A DNA stretch of 32,000 nt from the NCBI GenBank assembly GCA_937890765.1, contig CALADQ010000007.1:125880-157879 (forward strand), written 5' to 3'. A program made the translations under genes and the position numbers. Shown here in pieces: positions 9,278 to 16,776 of the stretch. The stretch's first letter is position 1, and the number at the start of each line of letters is the position of its first letter. The notes under the pieces were generated by a model that did no database searches, was not told the DNA's origin, and saw only the letters and a program-made list of their open reading frames with translations. Source of the stretch: an uncultured Candidatus Neoarthromitus sp. GTDB taxonomy: Bacteria > Bacillota > Clostridia > Clostridiales > Clostridiaceae.

Positions 9278-9855
9278 ATTGAGAAATTTTTATATAATCC
9301 ACCACTTAATATATTCAATAATTTTTCGGATAAAATAATTATCCATTTTCCATTTTTTTTGTTTAAAAATACATCTAAATTTGCGTAGGTTTTATATTTT
9401 TTTGATTTAAGAGATTTAAGAAAATCTTCATGACTTATGTTTTCAGAATTTTTAAAATAATTTATGATGTGTCTTGATAAATCATAATAACTAAAATTTA
9501 TATTTAATTTTGATTTATTAAATATAGTTTTTGATGATATAATTTCAAAAGATATTGAGTTAATTAATTCTTGAAATGTATCTAATATTTCGATTTCAGT
9601 TTGGGTTTTTGCACTTAATTTTTGTTTATGTATTATTTCCTTAATATTTGCAATTTTGTATTCATTATTTAGATTATCAAATGTTTGTGATTCTCCAATT
9701 TTATATGCGTCCATAAAATTTTCAAATTCATTTTTGCTTGCTGTGCTTTTAGTATATAAAAAATAAATTGTGATTGAAGATATAGACAAAACAATTGTTA
9801 TTAGACTCAATATGAAAAGTTGTTTAAATAATAAAGTTTTACGAGTATATTTCAT
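9274..9855 (-). CDS. N-terminally membrane-anchored hypothetical protein (193 aa)
   Basis: RBS AAGGAA lies upstream. One N-terminal hydrophobic helix 'LFILSLITIVLSISSITIYFLY' is followed by a roughly 150-aa soluble domain. No family recognised. Confidence 0.6.
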   Translation of the reverse strand: MKYTRKTLLFKQLFILSLITIVLSISSITIYFLYTKSTASKNEFENFMDAYKIGESQTFDNLNNEYKIANIKEIIHKQKLSAKTQTEIEILDTFQELINSISFEIISSKTIFNKSKLNINFSYYDLSRHIINYFKNSENISHEDFLKSLKSKKYKTYANLDVFLNKKNGKWIIILSEKLLNILSGGLYKNFSI

Positions 9856-9937
9856 TATTTACCATTCCTTTAAGTAGAGAATTAATTAATATTTTAGATT
9901 TGTATATGATACGTAATCTTTGAAAAGGTGATTATTT

Positions 9938-11047
9938 ATGAAAAAAGCTAATGATAATTCAGAAAATCTTACTGATAGAAAAATTATTAATTCGCGTTTA
10001 TCTCAAATAAAATTTATGACTAGATTGAATTCCCCAGATCTAGAGTATACAATGTATAATCTCAATAATCTAATAAGCTTACTAGAGAAAGATTTATTTT
10101 ACGATCACAAATTATCAAAGCAATATTTAGATGATCTTAATAATAAAGCATATGTTATCGACGAAAAAATTAAGAAGGATTGTTTAAATTCAAATATAAA
10201 CTTTGAAAGTGATTTTAAAGAACTTGCACATAATCTTAGAAAAATTATTTTCAATGGCAATTACAAAAAGGCAATTGAAATAGGAAATAAAATTGGAGAA
10301 TTATATCAAAAAAAGGATTTAATTTGGTTTTTAATTGCACTTGCTTATGATTTAAATGGTGACAAAGAAGAAAGTGTGTTTTATTATAAACGCTCAATAC
10401 TTTTGAATGATTCGGAAGTAAAGTACTATTATTATTTGGCAAATGTTTATATAGATTTGGGTGATTTGGAAAATGCAAATAAGTTTATGTCGTATGCTTT
10501 AAGAATCGATTCTGAAAGCAAATATATATTAGAATCTTACGCCTATATACTATTGAATAACAACAAGTACGATAATGCAATTAATATATTTAAAGAATTG
10601 TTAGATAAAAGTGATAATGTTAACATGGTGAACAGAGCAATATCTATAATATATTTTTTAAAAGGGGTTAATTACTCTTATAAATCAAGCGATGGATATT
10701 TGTATAATATTGATAAAAATGATATATTCAACATGATTGCTTGTATAGAAAAAGCTATGCAATATGATTCTAGCGATATGTATTTCAAAAATAATATTTC
10801 TAAAGCTAAAAATTCTTTGAAAATATGTTTTGATCTTAAAAGAATTTGGCTTTTGATTATAGCTAGTATGTTTTACATTTTGAATGTACCTTTTATAAAA
10901 ATTGGAGTCATATTAATTATGTTTTTAATATTCGTTTCAAGTTTTAAGATGGTTTATGTTTTGGAAAAATTTAAAATAACCAATGACGGAACTAAGATAG
11001 ACTATTTTTGCAATAGAATAAACAAGTTTTTTTGTTTTAAAAAATAG
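9938..11047 (+). CDS. TPR-repeat protein with C-terminal transmembrane segments
   Basis: RBS AAGGTGA. TPR-like repeats include 'ALAYDLNGDKEESVFYYKRSILLN', 'YYLANVYIDLGDLENANKFMSYALRID' and 'YAYILLNNNKYDNAINIFKELL'. The C-terminus has the hydrophobic stretch 'IWLLIIASMFYILNVPFIKIGVILIMFLIFV'. Confidence 0.7.
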   Translation: MKKANDNSENLTDRKIINSRLSQIKFMTRLNSPDLEYTMYNLNNLISLLEKDLFYDHKLSKQYLDDLNNKAYVIDEKIKKDCLNSNINFESDFKELAHNLRKIIFNGNYKKAIEIGNKIGELYQKKDLIWFLIALAYDLNGDKEESVFYYKRSILLNDSEVKYYYYLANVYIDLGDLENANKFMSYALRIDSESKYILESYAYILLNNNKYDNAINIFKELLDKSDNVNMVNRAISIIYFLKGVNYSYKSSDGYLYNIDKNDIFNMIACIEKAMQYDSSDMYFKNNISKAKNSLKICFDLKRIWLLIIASMFYILNVPFIKIGVILIMFLIFVSSFKMVYVLEKFKITNDGTKIDYFCNRINKFFCFKK

Positions 11048-11081
11048 ACATTGTGAATTTTAATTTGTGAGGTGTAAAGCA

Positions 11082-11573
11082 TTGACGACTTTATATGAGC
11101 ATGTAGTTCTTGGCGACAAAATTTCAATGGTTAGTGCTAATTTTAATATACCTTTTTTATCTGGCGATGGTAACATTTGTTTATACGAAAATGGCGTAAG
11201 TTTAGTTGACGAATTTGGAAATGAAAAATATATAATTGAGTTGAATGATTTAAATATTAATTACGAAGAATTTATAAATGTTAGAAATTTGAAACGCTAT
11301 GATAATTTAAAATTGAAAATTACAATTGTTCGTAGAAGATTTTTCAAAAATAGGACCAAGCGAATTAAAGGAAATTATTACGGAAAATTAATTATAGAAA
11401 TTGCAGAAATAGGAAGTGTGGAATTATTTGATAATCAATTTTTTAAATACAAAAAGTTTTATGAAAAGATAATTTCTTTAAAAGATGGAAACAGCCCGTT
11501 AAAAATACATAAAAGCAACGAAAGAAATTCTATATTTAAATTTTTAAAATCTAAGTTTACGTTTAAAAATTAA
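11082..11573 (+). CDS. Hypothetical cytoplasmic protein
   Basis: The ORF is open from GTG 11067. TTG 11082 sits 7 nt after GAGGTG (11069-11074), so it is preferred. No recognisable motif. The start is uncertain. Confidence 0.45.
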   Translation: MTTLYEHVVLGDKISMVSANFNIPFLSGDGNICLYENGVSLVDEFGNEKYIIELNDLNINYEEFINVRNLKRYDNLKLKITIVRRRFFKNRTKRIKGNYYGKLIIEIAEIGSVELFDNQFFKYKKFYEKIISLKDGNSPLKIHKSNERNSIFKFLKSKFTFKN

Positions 11574-11585
11574 AATTTTACTTAT

Positions 11586-11627
11586 CTTTTGGCAAGTGTT
11601 ATAAACATTTGCCAAAAGTTTTTTTTT
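11586..11627 (+). terminator. Strong Rho-independent terminator
   Basis: 15-bp stem, 11586-11600 pairing with 11604-11618, with core CTTTTGGCAA / TTGCCAAAAG. 3-nt loop, then a T9 run at 11619-11627. Confidence 0.85.
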
Positions 11628-11674
11628 GTAAAAATGAATATTATCAATAAAATTTTAAAAAATATTATTGAGTT

Positions 11675-12061
11675 TTAATGATTAATTGACAATGAATAAG
11701 TTCCTATTCCATTGTCGTATGTAAAGTCAACAAAATATTTCGTTTCGCCATTTGGATTAAGCTCAATCGTGTCCTTCGATGGGCCTTTTGTTGACAAATA
11801 TTCGTTTTTATTTTCATCGACTAGCTTTATGTACGTAGTTCCATTTCTTAATTTTAAGTCGTATGAAAATTTCGTAGGTTTCGAAATTGTAAATTCATAA
11901 CTTTCTGTTCCAGAGAATTTTGAAAAATTTGACGAAATCGGAGTGTCTATTGTTAATTCTCCTAGTATTACTCTTGACTTTTTTGGAGTGTTTGAACACG
12001 ATACAAGAGTTATTGCCAAAACTATTGCAAGAGTATTTAGTATTAGGAATTTAATTTTCAT
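11675..12061 (-). CDS. Small lipoprotein (128 aa), divergent from the giant-protein operon
   Basis: RBS AAGGAGAG. The signal peptide has lipobox 'LAITLVSC'. The mature part is beta-rich, e.g. 'TKYFVDFTYDNGIGTYSLSINH'. Confidence 0.75.
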   Translation of the reverse strand: MKIKFLILNTLAIVLAITLVSCSNTPKKSRVILGELTIDTPISSNFSKFSGTESYEFTISKPTKFSYDLKLRNGTTYIKLVDENKNEYLSTKGPSKDTIELNPNGETKYFVDFTYDNGIGTYSLSINH

Positions 12062-12135
12062 TAGAGAGCTCTCCTTTTATAAATTTTTTATAAGTATTCC
12101 AATATTTTATATAAAGTTTCATAAAATATCAAATT

Positions 12136-12164
12136 TTAACAGTTATTTTAAAAATGCCTATTAA
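12136..12164 (+). promoter_or_regulatory. Best sigma-A-like promoter match upstream of the giant-protein operon
   Basis: TTAACA (12136-12141), 17-nt spacer, TATTAA (12159-12164). The predicted TSS at about 12171 would start the mRNA at the GGAGG of the RBS, giving a very short leader. This call is therefore doubtful. Confidence 0.3.
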
Positions 12165-12182
12165 AGATTAGGAGGAAGTGTT

Positions 12183-15100
12183 TTGACAAAAAAGATTTTT
12201 AGATTTTTAAATTTTATATTTTTGCTGATGTTTGTTTGTAATTACATAATTCTTAATAATTCATTCGCTCAACCTAAAAATCTTAAAAGTTCAGAAGAAT
12301 TAACTTTAGATTTTGATGTCAGTAACGTCGATCTTAAGTCAGCAACTTTTAGTTGGTCTTATCCAGAAGATATGAAATTTTCTATGGGAGATTATATAAA
12401 TTTAATTGTTATTGATGAGGATGTTGGGGATAATGGGCAGGTTCCTATATTTTCTGTTGCACACAACATGGATAATATAAATTTAAAATCTATAACAAAA
12501 TTTGAAACGAAATCACTAGCAGCTTCTACAAATTATAAAGCTAAAATTGAATTGGTAAAATCAAACGGTGATGTTTATTTAGGTGAATATTCTTTTTCAA
12601 CAGTTGAATTTACAATTTCTGATATGGCTTTTCAAGGAGTTGTTGATAACAAGGCTAACAAAAAAAATATTAGGATTACTTGGAATGTAAGTCATAAGAA
12701 TTTTGAATTGGATGATGGCGATAAAATTCAAATTTTTATGAAAAAATTTAGCGATAATGATTTTTTTAAAACTCCTATTTATGAAACTAAAGACAAATTA
12801 ACACGAGCTGACATTGAAGTTCCAAATTTCGAAGAGGATTACGAATTTAAAATAGTTTATGTTATGGGTGAAAAGAAAGTTGAAAGTGAAATTTTTGGTT
12901 TGAATGTTTCGGCTGACGGAATTGACTTTAAAGTTAAAGACATAACTTCAAGTTCCGCTAAGCTCGATTGGTATTTTCAAAATGCTGAAGTTTTAAACGC
13001 CACTAGCCAAATTGAAATTTTTGCAAAAGAAAGTTCCACAGCGGAGTATGTCAATAAACCAATTTTGAGTTTAAAGGGAAGAGAAGATTTAATTGATGGT
13101 GGAGAATATTTTCTTGACGATTTGAAGCCAAACACAAAATACAATGTGAAAGTTAAATATATTGTTGAATATATAAACCAGTTTGATAAAAATTTTCCTG
13201 TAACTAAGGAAGATGAATATGAATTTACCACTGGAAAGTTTGCTGTAAAAGATTTGAAAATCACACCATCATCAAATAATAGATGTGTTTTAAGTTGGGA
13301 TTATGATGGAGATGCCGTTACGTTTTCTGAAGATGATAATGCAAAAATTTTTATTAAAGAGAGTTCGGTTGGAAGTTTTTCACAAGAAACTTTAACAATA
13401 TCGGAAAGTCTTTTGCAAACTAAAAAAGCAGATTTAGTTTTCCCAAAATTCAATACAAAATATGATGTGAAAATTGTTTTCAACGTTGGAGAAAAATATA
13501 TAGATAATTACATAAGTTACGTTGTGGAAGTTCCCGAAATAGATTTTAAAATTAAGGAAATAAAAAATAATAGTTTAAAAATTATTGCGACCGTAAATGA
13601 GAAAACTATTTTTGAAGATGGTGATAAAATTCAAATTTTTGCAAAGAAGCAAAGCGAAACAAATTTTCAATTTAATCCGATTAAAGAAATTGTGAAAAAT
13701 CCAAATGAACAACTTCCAATTGGAAGCAATCGCGAAATAGAAATAAATATACCAGATGTTCAAGCGAACTTACGCGAAGAACCTCAAGATAAAAAATACG
13801 ATTTTAAAATCAACGTAATAAAGAATCAAAATATTTTTCAAGAAAAAATTTACAGCGTTGAATTTAAAAATGATTCTCTACAAATTGTAAATGTATCTTT
13901 TATTAAAAAGAATGAAAAAGAAATAGATGCAATTGTTGAGTATGCACCTAGTGATTACGAATTCAACAATAAAGTTACCTCATTAAGTTTGTTTAAAAGC
14001 AAGTACGTAGAAGAAAATAATTCTACTTCATCGCCGAACAATACAAAAAAAGAAAATTCACCAAAAGCAGATCAAGAAATTAAATCTGATTTCAAAACGA
14101 ATAACAAATTCACAATAAAGTTTGAAGATTTTTCAAAATATAAACTAAAGTTTACATACACTCTTAAGAAACAAAGTGGAAGTAGTAGTGGTGCAGATAC
14201 TTCTGATGGAGGAACATCATCAGAACATTCAGATGCTCAACAACAAGCTCATCAAAATCAGAATGGGCCTAGTTCAGATTCAACAGATATTGGCGCACAA
14301 GGTCAAGCTGGAAATATTGAAGGCTCAACAAATGTTAATACACAACCACAAACGGGAAGTAATGGAGATGATAGAAATCAAACAAATGATCATCAGCAAT
14401 CAAATGAACCCAATGAACAATTGTCACAACAGGATGGGCAAAACAATCATGAAACAAATGATAGAGAAGAAAGTTTAGAACCAGTTACAAAATCACAAAT
14501 CTTAAAAAAGAGAGAAACGACTTCGTCTTCTTCTTCACCTTCTGAATCTTCATCTACTCCAACTCCAAATGAGACAGAAAAAGTTGAAAGAGAAGTTATT
14601 TACGATAATAAATTTGATATTTTTTCATTTGGATTAGTTGATGTGGTGATGAATGAAATAAAATTAAGTTTTGATTTTAAAAATTATTACACCTTCAAAA
14701 ATAGAGATAAGATTGAAATTTTTGTGAAGAAAGTTGGAGAAGAAGAGTTCAAAGATTTACTTGTAACATTTGAACACAATGGTAGTAGTGTCAATCTTGG
14801 TGATATAGAAAATTTTGATTTGGTTGGTTTGGATCCGGGAAATTCTTACGTGTTTAAAGCAAAATTAAGTTTGGCTTCCAACAAAGATGCTATTATCGAA
14901 AAAGAAGTTGAAGTTTCAACTGTTCCGATTACGTTGGATGATGTTACGGTTGAACATATTTCTGATTTAACAGGTGTTGTTAGATGGAGATTGGGAAATA
15001 ATTTTAAATTTGGACCTGATGACGTTTTAAATATTTTTTATAAAAAAGAAAATGAAAGCAGTTATCCTTCAGAGCCAAATGAAATTATTGAAGAAATTAA

Positions 15101-16769
15101 TTTGACAGACAGCGTGTTCATTTACATGGATAACATAGATAAAAAATACGATGTGAAATTAGTTTTTAAGAGTGGTGAAAAAACTTTAGAGAAAGAATTA
15201 AAATTTAATACTTCAGTTGATAACTTAGATGCAATGATAAATGATATTTATCAAACTTCTGCATATTTAAAATGGAATTATCCAAAAGACTACATGTTGA
15301 CAGATGGAGAAAGCATTTCTGTTTTTGTTAAAGAAAGTAGCCAATCAAGTTATGGAGAAGAGCCAGATTATTTTATGGAACAAAATGAAGAAGAGTCAGA
15401 AATTTTAGATAATTTTAAAAGTGCAAAGTTGTTTGACCTTTTGCCAAATACAAATTACGATGTAAAAGTTTTTTTAGATTTGGGAGACATAGGCACTAAA
15501 GAATTAGAAATAAGTTTTAAGACTGAAGATATTTTAATATCTGATTTGCAATTAACTGAATTTAAACCATACGAATTCAACGTTTTTTGGGAATTAAATT
15601 CAGATACAATTGATTTCAATGAAGAGTATGATTCTCTTGATATATATATGAAGATTCCAGAAGAAACTTGGAATGAAGATAATTTGATTTACAGTTTTTC
15701 AAAAAATTTAAATAACTTTAATAAAGTGAGATTTGTAGTTGATGACGTTACGATTGTTTATGATGTGAAAATTGAATACAATTTGGTGAACAAAAAGATT
15801 TCTAAAACTTTTTCGACAGGACTTTTTTATATTGATTATAACGAACAAGAATATGGAACTGTTGATGTGATAGTAAAATATCCTTCTGCAATTAATTTCA
15901 AAGACGGCGATGAATTAATTGTTTACGTCGCTAAGCCAAAACAATCTAATTATGAGCAAAAGTTTTTATCTAAACAAAGTTCTTCGAACGATTTGAAATC
16001 TTTAAGAGGAATAATTTTAAAAGACCTTAAACAGACCTCATCCATTGCCGCTAGCTTAAAAAGCAAGTCTGTAAAAATTTTCCCGTCAGAAATTATTTAT
16101 GATACTAGAGCCGAAAATTCATCAACCCTTGAAATTGTAAGTGAGCTTAAAGGTGGTTCAATAGATATTGACCTTCCTGTTGATTATGAACTCGATTTGA
16201 AAGCAGAAATAAGAAATAGCATAGGAGGACGTTCCTATTATGAAAAATTAGATGATGGCACTTATGTAATAGTCATAGATAACATAGTTCCCAAGAAAGT
16301 ATATAAAGAAACTAAACTTATTGCACAAGACGTAGATGGAAAAGAAGTTGAATTATTTATAGATGAATTTACATTGGAGCCTGAAAATTTATTGGAAGAT
16401 TTTTTATATAATTCTTATTATTTTGCATTTGATAGATCTCCAGACGAAGGAGGTTACACTTATTGGAAAGGAAAGCTTGAAGAAAATGGAGATATAACTG
16501 GAAGATATTTTTTGGTAAATTTAATGTTTGCAGAAAAAGAATTTGCAGATAGAAATTTAGAAGATGATGCTTTGGTAAAAGTTTTGTACCAAATCGTAGT
16601 TAATAGAACTTACGATTCCAAAGGATTAAGTTATTGGGTTGCAATATACAAACAGTATTTGAACAAATTTAATGGAGATAGATACGAAGCGAAAAAAACA
16701 ATAGTTATGAGAATGGTTAACGAACCAGAATTTCAAAGATTGTGTAAGAAAATGAAAATAAAGTGGTGA
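12183..16769 (+). CDS. Giant secreted multi-module (Fn3-like) surface protein 1 with central disordered linker and C-terminal DUF4214-type domain (1528 aa)
   Basis: AGGAGG (12170-12175) lies 7 nt before TTG 12183. Signal peptide is 'KKIFRFLNFIFLLMFVCNYIILNNSFA/QP'. About 11 roughly 100-aa modules carry 'W.YP', 'GD.I.IF.K' and 'PNT.Y.VKV' / 'YDVKIVF' motifs. The C-terminus is 'FAFDRSPDEGGYTYW...VVNRTYDSKGLSYW'. Confidence 0.85.
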   Translation: MTKKIFRFLNFIFLLMFVCNYIILNNSFAQPKNLKSSEELTLDFDVSNVDLKSATFSWSYPEDMKFSMGDYINLIVIDEDVGDNGQVPIFSVAHNMDNINLKSITKFETKSLAASTNYKAKIELVKSNGDVYLGEYSFSTVEFTISDMAFQGVVDNKANKKNIRITWNVSHKNFELDDGDKIQIFMKKFSDNDFFKTPIYETKDKLTRADIEVPNFEEDYEFKIVYVMGEKKVESEIFGLNVSADGIDFKVKDITSSSAKLDWYFQNAEVLNATSQIEIFAKESSTAEYVNKPILSLKGREDLIDGGEYFLDDLKPNTKYNVKVKYIVEYINQFDKNFPVTKEDEYEFTTGKFAVKDLKITPSSNNRCVLSWDYDGDAVTFSEDDNAKIFIKESSVGSFSQETLTISESLLQTKKADLVFPKFNTKYDVKIVFNVGEKYIDNYISYVVEVPEIDFKIKEIKNNSLKIIATVNEKTIFEDGDKIQIFAKKQSETNFQFNPIKEIVKNPNEQLPIGSNREIEINIPDVQANLREEPQDKKYDFKINVIKNQNIFQEKIYSVEFKNDSLQIVNVSFIKKNEKEIDAIVEYAPSDYEFNNKVTSLSLFKSKYVEENNSTSSPNNTKKENSPKADQEIKSDFKTNNKFTIKFEDFSKYKLKFTYTLKKQSGSSSGADTSDGGTSSEHSDAQQQAHQNQNGPSSDSTDIGAQGQAGNIEGSTNVNTQPQTGSNGDDRNQTNDHQQSNEPNEQLSQQDGQNNHETNDREESLEPVTKSQILKKRETTSSSSSPSESSSTPTPNETEKVEREVIYDNKFDIFSFGLVDVVMNEIKLSFDFKNYYTFKNRDKIEIFVKKVGEEEFKDLLVTFEHNGSSVNLGDIENFDLVGLDPGNSYVFKAKLSLASNKDAIIEKEVEVSTVPITLDDVTVEHISDLTGVVRWRLGNNFKFGPDDVLNIFYKKENESSYPSEPNEIIEEINLTDSVFIYMDNIDKKYDVKLVFKSGEKTLEKELKFNTSVDNLDAMINDIYQTSAYLKWNYPKDYMLTDGESISVFVKESSQSSYGEEPDYFMEQNEEESEILDNFKSAKLFDLLPNTNYDVKVFLDLGDIGTKELEISFKTEDILISDLQLTEFKPYEFNVFWELNSDTIDFNEEYDSLDIYMKIPEETWNEDNLIYSFSKNLNNFNKVRFVVDDVTIVYDVKIEYNLVNKKISKTFSTGLFYIDYNEQEYGTVDVIVKYPSAINFKDGDELIVYVAKPKQSNYEQKFLSKQSSSNDLKSLRGIILKDLKQTSSIAASLKSKSVKIFPSEIIYDTRAENSSTLEIVSELKGGSIDIDLPVDYELDLKAEIRNSIGGRSYYEKLDDGTYVIVIDNIVPKKVYKETKLIAQDVDGKEVELFIDEFTLEPENLLEDFLYNSYYFAFDRSPDEGGYTYWKGKLEENGDITGRYFLVNLMFAEKEFADRNLEDDALVKVLYQIVVNRTYDSKGLSYWVAIYKQYLNKFNGDRYEAKKTIVMRMVNEPEFQRLCKKMKIKW
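12306..14171 (+). repeat. Protein-level tandem array: Fn3-like modules 1-6 of protein 1
   Basis: Six roughly 104-aa units are anchored by 'FSWSYP', 'ITWNVS', 'LDWYFQ', 'LSWDYD', 'KIIATVNE' and 'DAIVEYAP'. Two module flavours alternate. Boundaries are approximate. Confidence 0.6.
14172..14580 (+). other. Low-complexity S/Q/N/T/D/G-rich linker (about 136 aa) with locally raised G+C
   Basis: 'QSGSSSGADTSDGGTSSEHSDAQQQAHQNQNGPSSDSTD...TTSSSSSPSESSSTPTPNETEK'. It contains almost no hydrophobic residues. A second reading frame stays open here (14176-14478) because of the codon bias. Confidence 0.8.
14590..16110 (+). repeat. Protein-level tandem array: Fn3-like modules 7-11 of protein 1
   Basis: Units are anchored by 'KLSFDFKN', 'VRWRLGN', 'LKWNYPK', 'VFWELNS' and 'VIVKYPS', each about 101 aa. 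Boundaries are approximate. Confidence 0.6.
16386..16766 (+). other. DUF4214-type C-terminal domain of protein 1
   Basis: Two copies of the DUF4214 signature (aromatic-x-x-hydrophobic-x-R-x-P/Y-D-x-x-G-x-x-Y/F-W): 'YYFAFDRSPDEGGYTYW' and 'QIVVNRTYDSKGLSYW'. 'FAEKEF' lies between them. Confidence 0.65.
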
Positions 16770-16776
16770 TATAAAT

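Noticed and set aside
12660-12667. A8 homopolymer tracts inside the giant genes (also 17559-17566 and 19171-19178) as possible slipped-strand phase-variation switches
   Set aside because: A7-A8 runs are frequent throughout this AT-rich window, for example at the murG start. Those at 12660 and 19171 encode the conserved 'NKKN' at homologous module positions. The tracts are short for efficient slippage, and nothing distinguishes them from background.
14176-14478. 100-codon same-strand ORF in an alternative frame inside giant gene 1
   Set aside because: It coincides exactly with the Q/N/S-rich low-complexity linker, whose biased codons (CAA/AAT/GAT/AGT) remove stops from the shifted frame. There is no RBS, and the product is a low-complexity artefact.
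15441-15455. 'LPNTN' in protein 1, resembling a sortase LPXTG motif
   Set aside because: It is internal and is part of the recurring Fn3 strand motif 'L(L/I)P(N/D)T(N/D)Y(D)VKV'. It lacks the Gly and is not followed by a hydrophobic tail and basic residues.
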